The position numbers were made by a program, and so were the translations under genes. A DNA stretch of 58,733 bases from a virus (taxonomy: Duplodnaviria > Caudoviricetes), in IMG/VR virus record IMGVR_UViG_3300028766_000008, positions 1 to 58,733 of that record, one strand, 5' to 3'. This document shows positions 8,470 to 18,801 of the stretch, one piece after another (positions within the stretch are counted from its first letter, which is position 1; every line of letters starts with the position of its first letter). The notes beneath the pieces are model-generated. The model was not told the DNA's origin and did no database searches. It saw only the letters and a list, made by a program, of their open reading frames with translations.

Positions 8470-10908
8470 TTAAAGCTTGTTGTTGCCCAGCAATCCGCTA
8501 GATGCGCCACCCTTGGCAAGATAAACACCAGGAACCCCCCACGGAACGCCAGCACCAGGACTATATCCAATCATCGTATTATTGCCTTCTTGTCTCAATC
8601 TTTGATTTGCTCTTTCGAAGTAACCCGGATCAGCAGCCTCCAACAAGTGATACGCAATCAGATAATCATACGCACCCTTGACGTAAAATAGATTGGCGAA
8701 AGGAACGTGATTAACCGCCATGTGCGCCAAATCAGGCCACAGTTTATTCTTCTCGCCCTCAACATCGCCCATCGCTTTACCGTATAGCGAGGCTATGTCG
8801 TTCAAGTCTCCGGCAACGGGGCCAGCAGCGGCAATAACACCCTGCTTGCCCATACGCTGAATTTGCCCAAACAACTCGTCACCAGCAATACCGAGGAACC
8901 CACTATTGGCAGTTGCCTCTAGTGCCGTCTTTATGTTCATCGGATCAGGCAACGGACGACCTGCTAATTTGGCGTTCACAGCCATTCTCATATATCCAGC
9001 GGGAACGCCGAGAGCGACAAGCATCCCCATATTATAAACGACTTCTTTTTTGGATAGGCTTTGAAAGACATTTCGTTCAAGTATCTGGTTATAAGCAGCA
9101 AGAGGCCACGCTTTGAACTGCATCAAAGATTTTACCAATTCGCTAGGCAATGTTCCTTTTCTCAAATTGCCGTACATATACGCTTGTTCTTTAACGCCAG
9201 ATGTCACAACCCCTTCACGGGCAGAATCGGAATAATAGGACAGGATTTTATCGGATATATTTCTCGCATCAGGATGATCGCCCAAACCCTCCATAATCGA
9301 AGTTGGCGTCAGGTATTTATTGCCGTTGTACTCACGAAGGTTGCCCTCTGTTTTTTGTATCAACCCCCACGCATCCGCATTAATGCCGTAGCGAGATAGC
9401 TGATTTTTAATGTGCGGTTCCAGAGCATCAAAGTTAGTCCTAATCGACTCAGCGAGATTATTTGAAATCATACTCTTGATGCCAGCTTTCCAGCGATCAA
9501 ATAGAAAATGGATTCCAGTTGCATCCATGAATTTGTTGGCAAATGCGCTAACCGCTCCCGGCACCGTGCTTTCACCAAATACATTCGATTGATGCCGGAA
9601 CATGCCGTCATCATACGCACCATTTTCAGCAGCAATCCGCGCCCATTCCCCCTGTGGCTTGCCTTCGAATATACTCTTAGCCATCATCCCAAACGCGCTT
9701 AACCTATTAATGCCGTTATGAGCAGCCATATTGGGAATCGCATACACACCAGAGAAGAAATGCGTCCACATAACACCGCCTAATTTCGTAGTACCCTCAA
9801 ACGCACGAAGCGCGGGGCCAGCTTTTGCAACGAATCCCATGTTGTACGGGATGTTGGCAGTTCCGTCGAGTAATGCCATCTCGTTGCGAATGTTGTTCGC
9901 CTGATCTCTAAAACTCCTTACGGCATCCCCTTCGCTCTTATACGTTTCCTCAACGCGACGAATAACCATGTTAAGATTAGCCATTGGGTTGTTGCCGAAT
10001 TGCTCCATCAATGCGCCAGCCCGTGCCATGCGATCAAAGATATTTGCAACGGTTGTAGCCAGATTGGGGCTTTTGCCGTATTTCTGGGAATAGGAATAAG
10101 CAGATTCGCCGTCTTTCCAGACTATCGCACGATGCGCGGAAACTTGATTGGACACGTTCTTTGTATTCTCAAAATCCTTGGGAACGAACCCGCTCTCGGT
10201 AGAACCAACCTTTTCATGAACGCCCGTGTAGAGGCTGTCATACATATCGCGCATCAAGCGCATTTGCATATCGGCGGCAGATTCACCTGCTTTTGGCATA
10301 TCGCCCCTGAATGTTTTGGGCGACATCCATTGTTTTACATCGCCATACCAAGCATTAAATGCTTCATCCAATGTCTTCCCAGAACCCGCAGCAGCGCGTA
10401 ACTTTTCAGAACTGTGATCTGTTGCGATTGCATAATCACGGGCGTCCTTAATTCTTCCGCCAACGGCATTTACATCATCACGCGCACCATCGGTGAACTG
10501 GACAATCAACTTTGCCAATGTAGAAACGGGGGAATTTCCTATCTTCTCACCGTTCTGCAATTTATACATTGCAGTATATGTGTCTTTGTCCATCAAGCCA
10601 GAATTAAAAGCCTTAGTCAAATTTGCCTTTCGTAATTCCTCACCAAATAACGTGCTGTATTGACCGCGTTTTGAAATCCATTTGCTCTGAATGCTGTTCG
10701 CAGCCTCATTAACATTCTTGAACGATCCGCGTAACAATGCGTGGAGCGTTTCAGCCGCATTCTTTATGCCCCCATTGCCAAAAATCTTTGTCATAATCCT
10801 GTCGCGCTTAACAGCAGAATCCAGCGCGTCCATCTTCTTCTCACGGGCTTCCTGCGCGTCACGCATAGCCTTTTGAAACTCACCACGCTCCATGCTGCAA
10901 GTCGCCAT
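8470..10908 (-). CDS. Internal virion (ejection) protein
   Basis: 812 aa, position before the fibre as in T7/epsilon15-like podoviruses. Confidence 0.65.
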   Translation of the reverse strand: MATCSMERGEFQKAMRDAQEAREKKMDALDSAVKRDRIMTKIFGNGGIKNAAETLHALLRGSFKNVNEAANSIQSKWISKRGQYSTLFGEELRKANLTKAFNSGLMDKDTYTAMYKLQNGEKIGNSPVSTLAKLIVQFTDGARDDVNAVGGRIKDARDYAIATDHSSEKLRAAAGSGKTLDEAFNAWYGDVKQWMSPKTFRGDMPKAGESAADMQMRLMRDMYDSLYTGVHEKVGSTESGFVPKDFENTKNVSNQVSAHRAIVWKDGESAYSYSQKYGKSPNLATTVANIFDRMARAGALMEQFGNNPMANLNMVIRRVEETYKSEGDAVRSFRDQANNIRNEMALLDGTANIPYNMGFVAKAGPALRAFEGTTKLGGVMWTHFFSGVYAIPNMAAHNGINRLSAFGMMAKSIFEGKPQGEWARIAAENGAYDDGMFRHQSNVFGESTVPGAVSAFANKFMDATGIHFLFDRWKAGIKSMISNNLAESIRTNFDALEPHIKNQLSRYGINADAWGLIQKTEGNLREYNGNKYLTPTSIMEGLGDHPDARNISDKILSYYSDSAREGVVTSGVKEQAYMYGNLRKGTLPSELVKSLMQFKAWPLAAYNQILERNVFQSLSKKEVVYNMGMLVALGVPAGYMRMAVNAKLAGRPLPDPMNIKTALEATANSGFLGIAGDELFGQIQRMGKQGVIAAAGPVAGDLNDIASLYGKAMGDVEGEKNKLWPDLAHMAVNHVPFANLFYVKGAYDYLIAYHLLEAADPGYFERANQRLRQEGNNTMIGYSPGAGVPWGVPGVYLAKGGASSGLLGNNKL

Positions 10909-13900
10909 TACCCAACCCCATTTTCACCTAGGCATTGCCCAAGTTCCTTCATTTTATCGGAATAAACTTTATCTGCATCCGCAGCTTCTTTATAGGCTTG
11001 CTGAATATCAGCTCGTTCTTCGACCGTCATTCCAGAAGCATTGATTGTTCTCTCGGCATCGGCAATGCGTAAATCCAATTCATCGCCGCCGCCGATTGCA
11101 CTCTTAAACAATCCTTCATCGGCAGGTTTTTGTTCAACATTTGGCTTAATCTTGTCGCCACGCGCTTGCATGGCTTGTTTAGCGGATTTCTCCATGCCGC
11201 TTAGGACACCTTGCTCTCCGCCTCCTGCGACATTCTTTGCTGGCTCGAAGGTTGTGGGTTTTTCTTCTGATCTTTCTTTTACCGCATTAGAAAAATCACG
11301 GACAAAATCAGTTGCGTCGCCTATGCTCATGCCTGACTTTTCAGACATCCCCTGCGCCATTGCCTTAAAGGATTCCTCTATGGTTAATCCCCTGTCTCTC
11401 AATTCATCCAACGCACCCTTGAACCTTATAAGTGCGGCCTGAGCCGCAATAGAAGCCTTACCTTCTTTGACAGATAGAATTTCCTCTGGCAGCATCTTCC
11501 TTATTCCAAGGGTTCCGATATATCCAATGTCTTTAATATCATCATGCGGCGTGAAAGTGATGTCACTGTGAGCTTTTATTAACTCGTCCAAATCTTCTTT
11601 TGTTGCGCCAGTTTCACCAATGCCATAAATAAGCTTCTGTTGTTCTGGCGTTAATTTATCCTCTATCTCACCAAGTTCCTTGCTGGCTTTGTCGGCACGG
11701 GCATGATCCATGCTTTCGGACTGCCGGACAAGGCGATTAAACCTTTTGGCTTCTTCATCGCTTCCAAGGGCTTTTATAAGTTTCTCATGGTCAGATAAAT
11801 GCGTTTCATCACGCATCTGTTCCAGAGATTCACGGGGTAATTTATATAAATCGCCTTTTGTAACTACTTCACCGCTTGCGCCGCTTGCTGTTGGCCCATC
11901 ATCTGTGCCTGTTCGTCCTGCGTCGGCTCTTGCACCTTCGGCTCCGCGTCCAGCAAGCTCTGAGTTGACTTGTTCAGAGCCTTGAATGCCTCCCTCGTTT
12001 CCGGCTTCAAATTCGGATCGCTCATCGCCTGCGCTGATTTCTGGTTCATCTGCTGTATGTGCGCTAGTCGGGACGGTTTCATTGGCATGAATATCCTCCA
12101 TATCTGGATAGTAATCTCGTTGTAATGATGGATCTTCTTTATCTAGCAAATCAAGAGCATTATGCTCTTCTGCCGCCTCTCTAAGCTGTTTCTCAAGCTC
12201 AGCATGAATTTCTTCTGGTTTCATCCCAGTAGTATCAATGCCCATCTCTCCTGCATGACGCTCTAAATCTTCATGGTATTCACTCAATACAGTCTTTTCG
12301 TCTCTCGCTTCCATCGATGATCTATTGCGTTCTGAATAGACATGATCCTTGTTCAGGCCACGACGAATCAGCTCAAGAACTTGGTTGTCTGATGGTGGGT
12401 TGTGTGCATCGAATCCGGTATATTCTCGTCCAGCCAACTCAAGACCTAATTCATGCAAACTGCGCCCGGTGTCACGAATAAGTCTGCCACGACCGGGGAC
12501 AAATTCTGTTTCTGCGCCCATAGCTTTGAGATCGCCATGTGGCTTTAATCCGCCCATTTCAGCGGCAAGTTGAATAACATTAGGGTTTTTAAATGGAGAA
12601 ACTGTACGTTTTTGCGGAACGGTAATTTCAAGAGGTTTTTCAGAATTAAATACCTTCGGAACATTGATTACTTCTGTCTTGGCCTTTGCATTTTGCTTAA
12701 TGGCCTCACGAACATCTAATGCGCCTTGTGCAATCTGTTGCTTCGTTAATCCAGCTTTATCAGTCAGAAAACTTACAAACTTGTCATGCGCTGGTGATTT
12801 ACCTTTTCCGCCCACAATATAAAGAGCCTTATCAATGTCACTATTAAAGGCTACCTCTTTACCATCGGCCCAACGAGGGGAGGATTTGGATAATTCAGAA
12901 GGTAGTCTTGGCTCTGCAACAGGAACAGGACGAGGTGCAACTTCAACGGGCTTTGGCGTCAGATCAACTGATTTCCAGACAGATTCTGGGTTTCTCTCAC
13001 CAGCCTCTACTTTTGCCAAAGGACGCGGTTTAGCAACACCTTCTGGATTAATCTGCTCAGCCTTAATTCTTGCTATTTCCTGAACAACGCTATCGTCAAC
13101 ATTCTCGATGCCAGCGTTCGACAATTCCTGTTTTACCGTTCCTTTATAACGGTTAATTTCATCGTCCGGCAAACGCGAGGGCTGAGGCTCAACCTTTAGG
13201 CCATTCGGAAGAATTGTTTTTCTTGCCGCCGCCATTTCTTCTGGCGTCATATTGGGGGAATAGCCGTTCTGATTTTGTTGCTTCCTGTCATCAGCAATTT
13301 GCGATAAATTGGGCGGTTGCCCATCCTTACCTATGACTGCCGAAGGATCAGCCGGACGACCATTAACAACATCAGCAATCGTCGAGTTCATCGCCGCAGC
13401 TTTAACGGGCGCTGGTTGGCGAAGAATATCTGCTGCTTGTGATTGAAAGTCAGTCTTGAGCGTCTGCGCCCTCATTAACTCGTCGGGCTTCAGAACGCCA
13501 CTCTCATGCAACGCGCTTCCGAACCCACCATGAATTAATGCGCCTCCGACAGCCCCGAACGCCATATCACTAAGAGCAGACTTCACATCGTAGTCACCGC
13601 CCTGATACGCGCTGATGCCCAATTGCGCTCCGGCCAAAGGCACCATGGAAGCCGCGCCGCCAACAGCGCCTGATATTACCCTCGCGCCCACTCTGGCTGC
13701 TGTAGTGGCTGTATCAACGCCCAAAGCACCAAGGCCAGCTAAAACCTTGCTGCTGCTGAGAATCGCGCCTCCGTATGCCATTGCAGCGATACTGGCAGGA
13801 TCGGCTAACGTTGCAGCCGCGCCAGATGCCAATGTCGGCAATAATCCATGCGTATTACTATAACGAGCATTCATATCCTCATTAACTAATTCTCGCTGTT

Positions 13901-14225
13901 TATCCTTAGTAATCATATTGGCGACATTCTCATACATCGGCTCATCAGTAATATGAACCTGCTTGCCGTCATTGCCAATCGGAGCCGAGGAATTAATTTG
14001 TTCGGCAGATATTTTCTGAGACTTCGGAAGATTGAACCCAAGCGCATTAGATGTGGCGTCTATAGCTGTATCTACGTTCTCCGCAACGAACGATCCAGCT
14101 TTATTCGTAAAGTCTGAGGCTATATTATTCCCAGTCAATCCAGTCCATGTTGGAGACTCTTTCTGGAAATCAAAAGCAGCGCTCTCTTGCGGCATCTGAA
14201 ATGGTGTACCATCAGGGATATACAT
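10908..14225 (-). CDS. Large internal virion (ejection) protein
   Basis: 1105 aa, N-terminal G/A-rich hydrophobic helices then charged region; synteny. Confidence 0.6.
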   Translation of the reverse strand: MYIPDGTPFQMPQESAAFDFQKESPTWTGLTGNNIASDFTNKAGSFVAENVDTAIDATSNALGFNLPKSQKISAEQINSSAPIGNDGKQVHITDEPMYENVANMITKDKQRELVNEDMNARYSNTHGLLPTLASGAAATLADPASIAAMAYGGAILSSSKVLAGLGALGVDTATTAARVGARVISGAVGGAASMVPLAGAQLGISAYQGGDYDVKSALSDMAFGAVGGALIHGGFGSALHESGVLKPDELMRAQTLKTDFQSQAADILRQPAPVKAAAMNSTIADVVNGRPADPSAVIGKDGQPPNLSQIADDRKQQNQNGYSPNMTPEEMAAARKTILPNGLKVEPQPSRLPDDEINRYKGTVKQELSNAGIENVDDSVVQEIARIKAEQINPEGVAKPRPLAKVEAGERNPESVWKSVDLTPKPVEVAPRPVPVAEPRLPSELSKSSPRWADGKEVAFNSDIDKALYIVGGKGKSPAHDKFVSFLTDKAGLTKQQIAQGALDVREAIKQNAKAKTEVINVPKVFNSEKPLEITVPQKRTVSPFKNPNVIQLAAEMGGLKPHGDLKAMGAETEFVPGRGRLIRDTGRSLHELGLELAGREYTGFDAHNPPSDNQVLELIRRGLNKDHVYSERNRSSMEARDEKTVLSEYHEDLERHAGEMGIDTTGMKPEEIHAELEKQLREAAEEHNALDLLDKEDPSLQRDYYPDMEDIHANETVPTSAHTADEPEISAGDERSEFEAGNEGGIQGSEQVNSELAGRGAEGARADAGRTGTDDGPTASGASGEVVTKGDLYKLPRESLEQMRDETHLSDHEKLIKALGSDEEAKRFNRLVRQSESMDHARADKASKELGEIEDKLTPEQQKLIYGIGETGATKEDLDELIKAHSDITFTPHDDIKDIGYIGTLGIRKMLPEEILSVKEGKASIAAQAALIRFKGALDELRDRGLTIEESFKAMAQGMSEKSGMSIGDATDFVRDFSNAVKERSEEKPTTFEPAKNVAGGGEQGVLSGMEKSAKQAMQARGDKIKPNVEQKPADEGLFKSAIGGGDELDLRIADAERTINASGMTVEERADIQQAYKEAADADKVYSDKMKELGQCLGENGVG

Positions 14226-17158
14226 TATTTAATCGCCTCGTTAATAATATCAGCCAATGAACCCTTGACTGGAATTTCACCACGTCCCAAGTATTGATTG
14301 GGTGTCGCAGCCAAACCGCCTTGGGATTCACGTTCTTTCGCTTTTGCAGCAAGATTTTCAACACCAGAAGCAACTTTCTTCCCTGCCGATTCAGCAATAC
14401 CTGGAATTTCGGAGAAGCTAGGCGCTTTATCAGCCAATGAACCCTTGACTGGAATTTCACCACGTCCCAAGTATTGATTGGGTTGCACAGTTAAATCTGG
14501 TGGACGCACGACAGGCTTCCGCATAGCAGCATCATTAAAGCCAACAGATATTTGCTTACCGTCCAAACCAAGAACAGGAAGCCCATGATTGTCGATCATC
14601 AGTAATCTTTGATTGGCCTCATCGGTTAAAAAAGAAGATGATGTTTGTAAATCTTGGATATAGTGTTCTCTTGAAGCATAAGTTGGCGGCACATATTGTT
14701 GCGGAGATACTAGATCCCCAATGTGCTGCTGATAAAACTGGGTGTTTGTAGATATGCTATCAATTCTATTTAAGGGAACGCGATCTCCTGATGGCAGATA
14801 GCCATAACCATGCGTCATTGCAGCAACAGCCTTATTGGTAGCATCTTTAATACTTCCGGCTGCTGGGTCATAAAACTTAATCGCCATAGACATATGTTCG
14901 GCTTGGTCTTGTATTTGCTGTAGATATTGTGGGCTTGCACCCGATCTACGCATCGACAACATAAAAGATTGTAAATCAGTATTGCTGGTCACGGCATCTT
15001 TCATTGCCGTAAGATTTTCTTTACCGCCCATAATAAATTCGTCTGTTTTACCCTTCGTCAAATCATCCGAACCAAGTTTAGCATCCATTGCGCCATACTG
15101 CGCCATCATCGGGTCTTCTGCCGTGTGTGCCTGAGTTTGCTGTTGGAACGTCAGGCCGAGTGACTTATAAACTTGGGGCCATGTATTTCCGTAATTCCTT
15201 GCCATCTTCGCAAGCTTGTCTGGAGCCTGCTCTGGATTCGCAGTTAAATCATTCTGAATTGCCGCAGCATAAGCTTTTGGCAAAACAGAACGATTAACTT
15301 CTGGCACCTGTAGGGCTTCCTGACGAGCCGCAACAGCATTAACGTAATTAACCATCTTCTGCGGGTTCTTGGTATCCTGAACAGCATCTTGGAATTGATT
15401 GCTTAATTTAGTATCATTGCTAGTTATCATGCCAGCGGGATCATCACCTAGTTGCTTATAATAGTCCTGAGCCGCTTTCTGCATTTTGCCATACAAATTT
15501 GACTGCTCACCGAAGTTCTGCGAACCGCTCATGCGTCCAGTGACATCAGCAACATAAGAAGAAACGCTTTTACCGTTCTTATCTGATGTATTATTTATCC
15601 AAGGCGTAGGGCTTCCGGCAGGAGCAACATTTCCAGCACCAGAAAAATACCCAACCGCGATTCTTGCTGGATCGCCGTTAAACTTGCTTGATAGATCATC
15701 AATAATGCGATGACCAACCGCCTCATTATCTTTGGGGTTGTTTATATCTTCACCAGGTTTGGCGTATTGTGCAAAGGTTCCGGGAGTAATCTGCCATCCA
15801 CCTACAGAAACTCCGTTAGCAGGAGCGTTCGCTTTACCGCCAGATTCTTGTTGATGAATGGAATCGGCAATCGACATGCCGTGAGGGGCAAACGCATCTA
15901 ATGCCGCCTGATTTTGAGCAGGCGTTCGTGTGGGCATCCCGCCAACAAAACCGGCAACCTGATGAAGCTGATTTACTTGGTTTAGAAAGTCTTGTGCTTT
16001 ATCTGGATCTTTTCTAAAAGCTTTTTGAACTGTAGCAGGATCATAAACGCCGACTGGGGATTTCCCAGCGTAAGCTAGAGCCTCGTCATTCTTATAGGCT
16101 TGGTTTAAATCATAACGCGCCTGCTCTGCGCCAAAACTAGTTTGCATATTATCAAGATGATGCGTCATGGCATCTATATCATCCTGACTTCTTCCTGCGC
16201 GTTGCATTGAACCAACAACAGCGGCTTTATTATAATTGTCTCCTGTTACCGCATATTCTTTTGCATCCTGTATCGTCTGATTTTGCTGACGCACAAATTC
16301 TTGTTGCATAGCATTGGTAATTTCAGTGCGTTGTTGCGCATCAACATAAGGCACGTTCGTTACAACTTGATTGCCGTCCTTATCAACGCCAACAGCTTGG
16401 TATGAACCATTCAGATATTTATTGGCTATAGATTGCGCCAAATCTGGGCTAGTACGAATATTTGAGTTAATAGCACCTGATATTGCTGTGCCTATATGTT
16501 TTGCCGACATACCAGCAATCGCAGATGGATCAGTAATACCTTGATGGTCAGCTAAATCAGCCGTGTCATTTCTAATCTTATCAATATAAGTAGACGCAGT
16601 AGGGTTGTTTGCATTAAGCGCAAACTGATTGGCATTATTATCTATAGAAGATTTTAATGAGGTGAGTTGTGCGGATTCGGCTTGATCTGCAACATAAGCA
16701 CCAGAACGAAAAATAGCACTGCTGGCTTCATGCGAAAAATCGTCTTTGAATTTATTCTGCGCCGCCAAATTTGGCATAGAATTGGCGTATTTTTCTTGAA
16801 TTTGAGAAACGCTATCCTGAAAAGTTTTATAAGCGTTTACGGAATTATTGCCTTTGTTTTGTCTAAAAGCCAATTCCGCATCAGATAATTCTTTAGACGC
16901 ATTTGTTACGCCGTCACGCGCAGACGAGTCAGCGTACATTTGGGCAAAATGCGTAGCTAAATCACTCGCTTCATCTCCTAATTGCTCACCAGTTTTACCC
17001 GCTTGCTCTAACGCCTGTCCTACATTTGCACCGAAATCATTCGGATTGGCTTGAACCTCAAAACGCGGCCCACGACCAGCAGGTGAATCCGTATCCGCAA
17101 TACCCGATGGGCTTGCGTTATAACCTTGATAAACATCTTGAGGTTTTGGGCCAGCCAT
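14225..17158 (-). CDS. Ejection protein with lytic-transglycosylase-like domain
   Basis: IHQQESGG...GGWQITPGT...VGYFSGAG...SYV lysozyme-like motifs within 977 aa. Confidence 0.7.
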   Translation of the reverse strand: MAGPKPQDVYQGYNASPSGIADTDSPAGRGPRFEVQANPNDFGANVGQALEQAGKTGEQLGDEASDLATHFAQMYADSSARDGVTNASKELSDAELAFRQNKGNNSVNAYKTFQDSVSQIQEKYANSMPNLAAQNKFKDDFSHEASSAIFRSGAYVADQAESAQLTSLKSSIDNNANQFALNANNPTASTYIDKIRNDTADLADHQGITDPSAIAGMSAKHIGTAISGAINSNIRTSPDLAQSIANKYLNGSYQAVGVDKDGNQVVTNVPYVDAQQRTEITNAMQQEFVRQQNQTIQDAKEYAVTGDNYNKAAVVGSMQRAGRSQDDIDAMTHHLDNMQTSFGAEQARYDLNQAYKNDEALAYAGKSPVGVYDPATVQKAFRKDPDKAQDFLNQVNQLHQVAGFVGGMPTRTPAQNQAALDAFAPHGMSIADSIHQQESGGKANAPANGVSVGGWQITPGTFAQYAKPGEDINNPKDNEAVGHRIIDDLSSKFNGDPARIAVGYFSGAGNVAPAGSPTPWINNTSDKNGKSVSSYVADVTGRMSGSQNFGEQSNLYGKMQKAAQDYYKQLGDDPAGMITSNDTKLSNQFQDAVQDTKNPQKMVNYVNAVAARQEALQVPEVNRSVLPKAYAAAIQNDLTANPEQAPDKLAKMARNYGNTWPQVYKSLGLTFQQQTQAHTAEDPMMAQYGAMDAKLGSDDLTKGKTDEFIMGGKENLTAMKDAVTSNTDLQSFMLSMRRSGASPQYLQQIQDQAEHMSMAIKFYDPAAGSIKDATNKAVAAMTHGYGYLPSGDRVPLNRIDSISTNTQFYQQHIGDLVSPQQYVPPTYASREHYIQDLQTSSSFLTDEANQRLLMIDNHGLPVLGLDGKQISVGFNDAAMRKPVVRPPDLTVQPNQYLGRGEIPVKGSLADKAPSFSEIPGIAESAGKKVASGVENLAAKAKERESQGGLAATPNQYLGRGEIPVKGSLADIINEAIK
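14248..14483. repeat. 56-nt exact direct repeat (14248-14303, 14428-14483)
   Basis: Encodes PNQYLGRGEIPVKGSLAD twice, 180 nt apart. Confidence 0.9.
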
Positions 17159-17238
17159 GATTTACCTATTGACTTGGATAAGCTGAACCAGAACCAACGG
17201 TGCCAAAACTAGAATCTACCGTAGGAGCAACAGAACCG

Positions 17239-17859
17239 CTAAAAACCACTGCGGCCACCATTCGTGGTAAATTTAGCGTAATTACTAGCAGCACTTCCCA
17301 ACCCACCAAGCACAGAAGAACCCGCTCCAATGTCTCCGGCTGTTTCAGCTTGGCCTGCAGAAGAAGTGTCTAAATTTGACTGCGCCGTATCATTGGCACC
17401 TTGGACTTGGTACCCATAAGCCGTTCGAGCAGCATTAGAGCGGATTGTAATGGCGTTTAATTCTCCAAGTTGGCGAGCCGACGATTGTACTTGTAAGTTT
17501 GACCCTGAATTAATATCAACGCCAGATGCGCCTTCGTTAGCAACAATGGCCCCAAGTTTTGCGCGTGACTGAAGCCCAGCTTGTTCGGCTTGTGCTGTGC
17601 CAGCTGCCCCAGCGTAATTTGCGCTTTGTGTAGCTATAATAGCATTATTAGCAGCTATCTGGGCGTTGGATTTATCTGTGGCAGATGTGGCTTCTCCTTG
17701 TTGTATGGCACCAACTGTACCCAACCCAGCAGCTCCTATGGATGTGATGGCACCTATAGCCCCCAAATTAGCTCCAATAGCTGCTGTGGCAGTTCCAAAG
17801 GTACCAGCCCCACCAGCGGCGGCGGCTATTCCAGCGGCAGATACAGTTCCACCCGACAT
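17239..17859 (-). CDS. Small internal virion protein (T7 gp14-like position)
   Basis: G/A-rich, GASGVDINSGS motif, synteny. Confidence 0.7.
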   Translation of the reverse strand: MSGGTVSAAGIAAAAGGAGTFGTATAAIGANLGAIGAITSIGAAGLGTVGAIQQGEATSATDKSNAQIAANNAIIATQSANYAGAAGTAQAEQAGLQSRAKLGAIVANEGASGVDINSGSNLQVQSSARQLGELNAITIRSNAARTAYGYQVQGANDTAQSNLDTSSAGQAETAGDIGAGSSVLGGLGSAASNYAKFTTNGGRSGF

Positions 17860-17864
17860 ATTAT

Positions 17865-18323
17865 TTACTTCCCCGTAATGGTAACATGATTGATGGCGTC
17901 TTCATTGCGCGAGAATAGAAGGTGCGTCTCATCCGTAAATTCTTCTTCAGCTTCTTCAACCGTTTTTGCGCTCGTTGGGAAGACCATTGTAACGTAAGTG
18001 TCACCTATCGCATATCCAGCTTGTTTGCGGTTGGCGTTCCCAGAGAATACATTGTACCCATGCAATTCAATGGGTTCGTTATCAATATAAATAACAAAAT
18101 CACCGCTCAAAATTAGTAATGTTGGAATCTTCATAAGCGAACCAACTATTGTCACACCAGCTGGAACCATAATCGTTCGTGAATACATTCCAGCGTGAAT
18201 CAAATGAGATGTCGGAATTAAGGTTTGTGGTAATTGACCAACAAAAGCCTCAAGACGACGAACATTGGCAATCGTCACTTCACTCATAGTATCTATGCGA
18301 CGCTCAGCCACTGCATTAGACAT
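17865..18323 (-). CDS. Cupin-like hypothetical protein
   Basis: HLIHAGMYSRTIMVPAG beta-strand pattern. Confidence 0.5.
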   Translation of the reverse strand: MSNAVAERRIDTMSEVTIANVRRLEAFVGQLPQTLIPTSHLIHAGMYSRTIMVPAGVTIVGSLMKIPTLLILSGDFVIYIDNEPIELHGYNVFSGNANRKQAGYAIGDTYVTMVFPTSAKTVEEAEEEFTDETHLLFSRNEDAINHVTITGK

Positions 18324-18801
18324 TCGTTAATTTCCTGAAAAACACACGATTAGTCTCAACATACCCTATATGGGGTAAAACTTCAGCTAGATTACCACCA
18401 AAGGGGGCACTAATAAAGAGGCATGGAGATTGTCTTTCTGCGGCATATTCTTCAGCAGCGCGAATAAGTTTAAGACCAGCGCCTGTTTTACGATGCTCTT
18501 TAGCAACAAAAAGGCTTTCAGTGACGGACATAAGAACCCCGCAATGAGGGAAAATAGATATTAAAACAGTTACAAAACCGACTAATTTATCGTCCAAAAA
18601 CGCACCAATCGCCTGCAAAGAACCCAATTTTTCAAGGTTATAATACATTTCCATCTTAGCAGAAAACGGGGGTGCGCCGTCCACAACAAGTTCAGTCGCA
18701 TATTCAGCCAATAAATCTGAAAAATTTGGTGCAGATTCAAGGCGCGATACGGTACATTTACAAATATTAATCACTCGTATCCCCCATTTCATACCAAACA
18801 A
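18316..18801 (-). CDS. GNAT-family acetyltransferase
   Basis: LFVAKEHRKTGAGLKLIRAAE acetyl-CoA motif A. Confidence 0.75.
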   Translation of the reverse strand: MFGMKWGIRVINICKCTVSRLESAPNFSDLLAEYATELVVDGAPPFSAKMEMYYNLEKLGSLQAIGAFLDDKLVGFVTVLISIFPHCGVLMSVTESLFVAKEHRKTGAGLKLIRAAEEYAAERQSPCLFISAPFGGNLAEVLPHIGYVETNRVFFRKLTNV

